A DNA stretch of 64,000 nucleotides, taken from NCBI RefSeq assembly GCF_037042905.1, contig NC_087246.1, forward strand, positions 1 to 64,000, in the 5' to 3' direction. This DNA is from Lytechinus pictus. Its lineage: Eukaryota. Each line of letters starts with the position of its first letter. Positions within the stretch are counted from its first letter, which is position 1. The notes below the pieces were generated by a model. The model did not search any database. It was not told the origin of the DNA and saw only the letters and a program-made list of their open reading frames with translations. Positions 63,401 through 64,000 of the stretch are shown piece after piece. The translations under genes and the position numbers were made by a program.

Positions 63401-64000
63401 AAACATATTCTTGTCATTGTAAAATGTGCAGTCACCCTGTTCCTTTCCAGAGAGGGAATAACAAAATCAAATAAAAAAAAAACCCTTGTGCCCTACCCCC
63501 TTAAAAGAGTGAAATGTTTGTGTGGTTTTTTATATTTTCTTGCATGAGGATTGTTTGTGATTATGTCTCTCATATTCAGTATCATTCTCATCTGTATGGT
63601 GTCTTTCTGATCTTTTTCCTTATTCCTTTGGTGAAGTTGTATGGTTGGTTTGTTTCTTTTGCATGTTCTTTTCATCTGAGTACATATTAATATCTTTCTG
63701 ATTTCATGTTTTTTACTGTATATCTCTGATTGTTTTTGGTCTTATTTTTGTGTTGCTCTTTAAAAAATCAATGGGTATCCCCTGTTAAAAGTGGCCATGA
63801 ATCTTCCAAATTCTAATTCATGACCCGATATTCTTTCTTGATTTCAGTATGATTATTTCTAATCTGATATCTATACACTCTCTGTATTACAATACTTATT
63901 TGACTGTATGTATGTTGTTTTATTCCCTTACTCTAGCTGTGTCTGAAAAGAATTGTGACTGGTGTCACATATGATATCAACAAATTTAGTAGTTTTTTGT

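Overview
Left end of an animal chromosome: a ~6.5 kb (CCCTAA)n telomere (1-6485), then ~27 kb of densely nested transposon-derived DNA, then the 5' part of one multi-exon + strand gene, synergin gamma (SYNRG/AP1GBP1). Nine well-supported coding exons (33881-55291) and one candidate (58045-58182) are linked by consistent GT-AG phases, and the gene presumably continues past the window. The repeat families resemble those of a marine invertebrate, probably a sea urchin; this is inference and was not verified by a search. Most notable observations: (1) the 3' splice site of SYNRG exon 4 is the last unit of a 24-copy 52-bp minisatellite, leaving 23 near-identical upstream decoy acceptors that each lead to a stop codon; (2) two Penelope-like remnants in SYNRG introns each keep a minimal hammerhead ribozyme, antisense to the gene; (3) an apparent 390-bp palindrome is really two inverted insertions of one ~180-bp element, each with its own 9-bp TSD; (4) exon 5 starts with a donor-like AG|GTATGT, a possible recursive splice site; (5) a four-level transposon nest contains a candidate spliced non-coding transcript; (6) a 2-kb foldback element has its empty site preserved in a paralogous repeat within the window. 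All calls come from reading the sequence by eye; no database searches were run.
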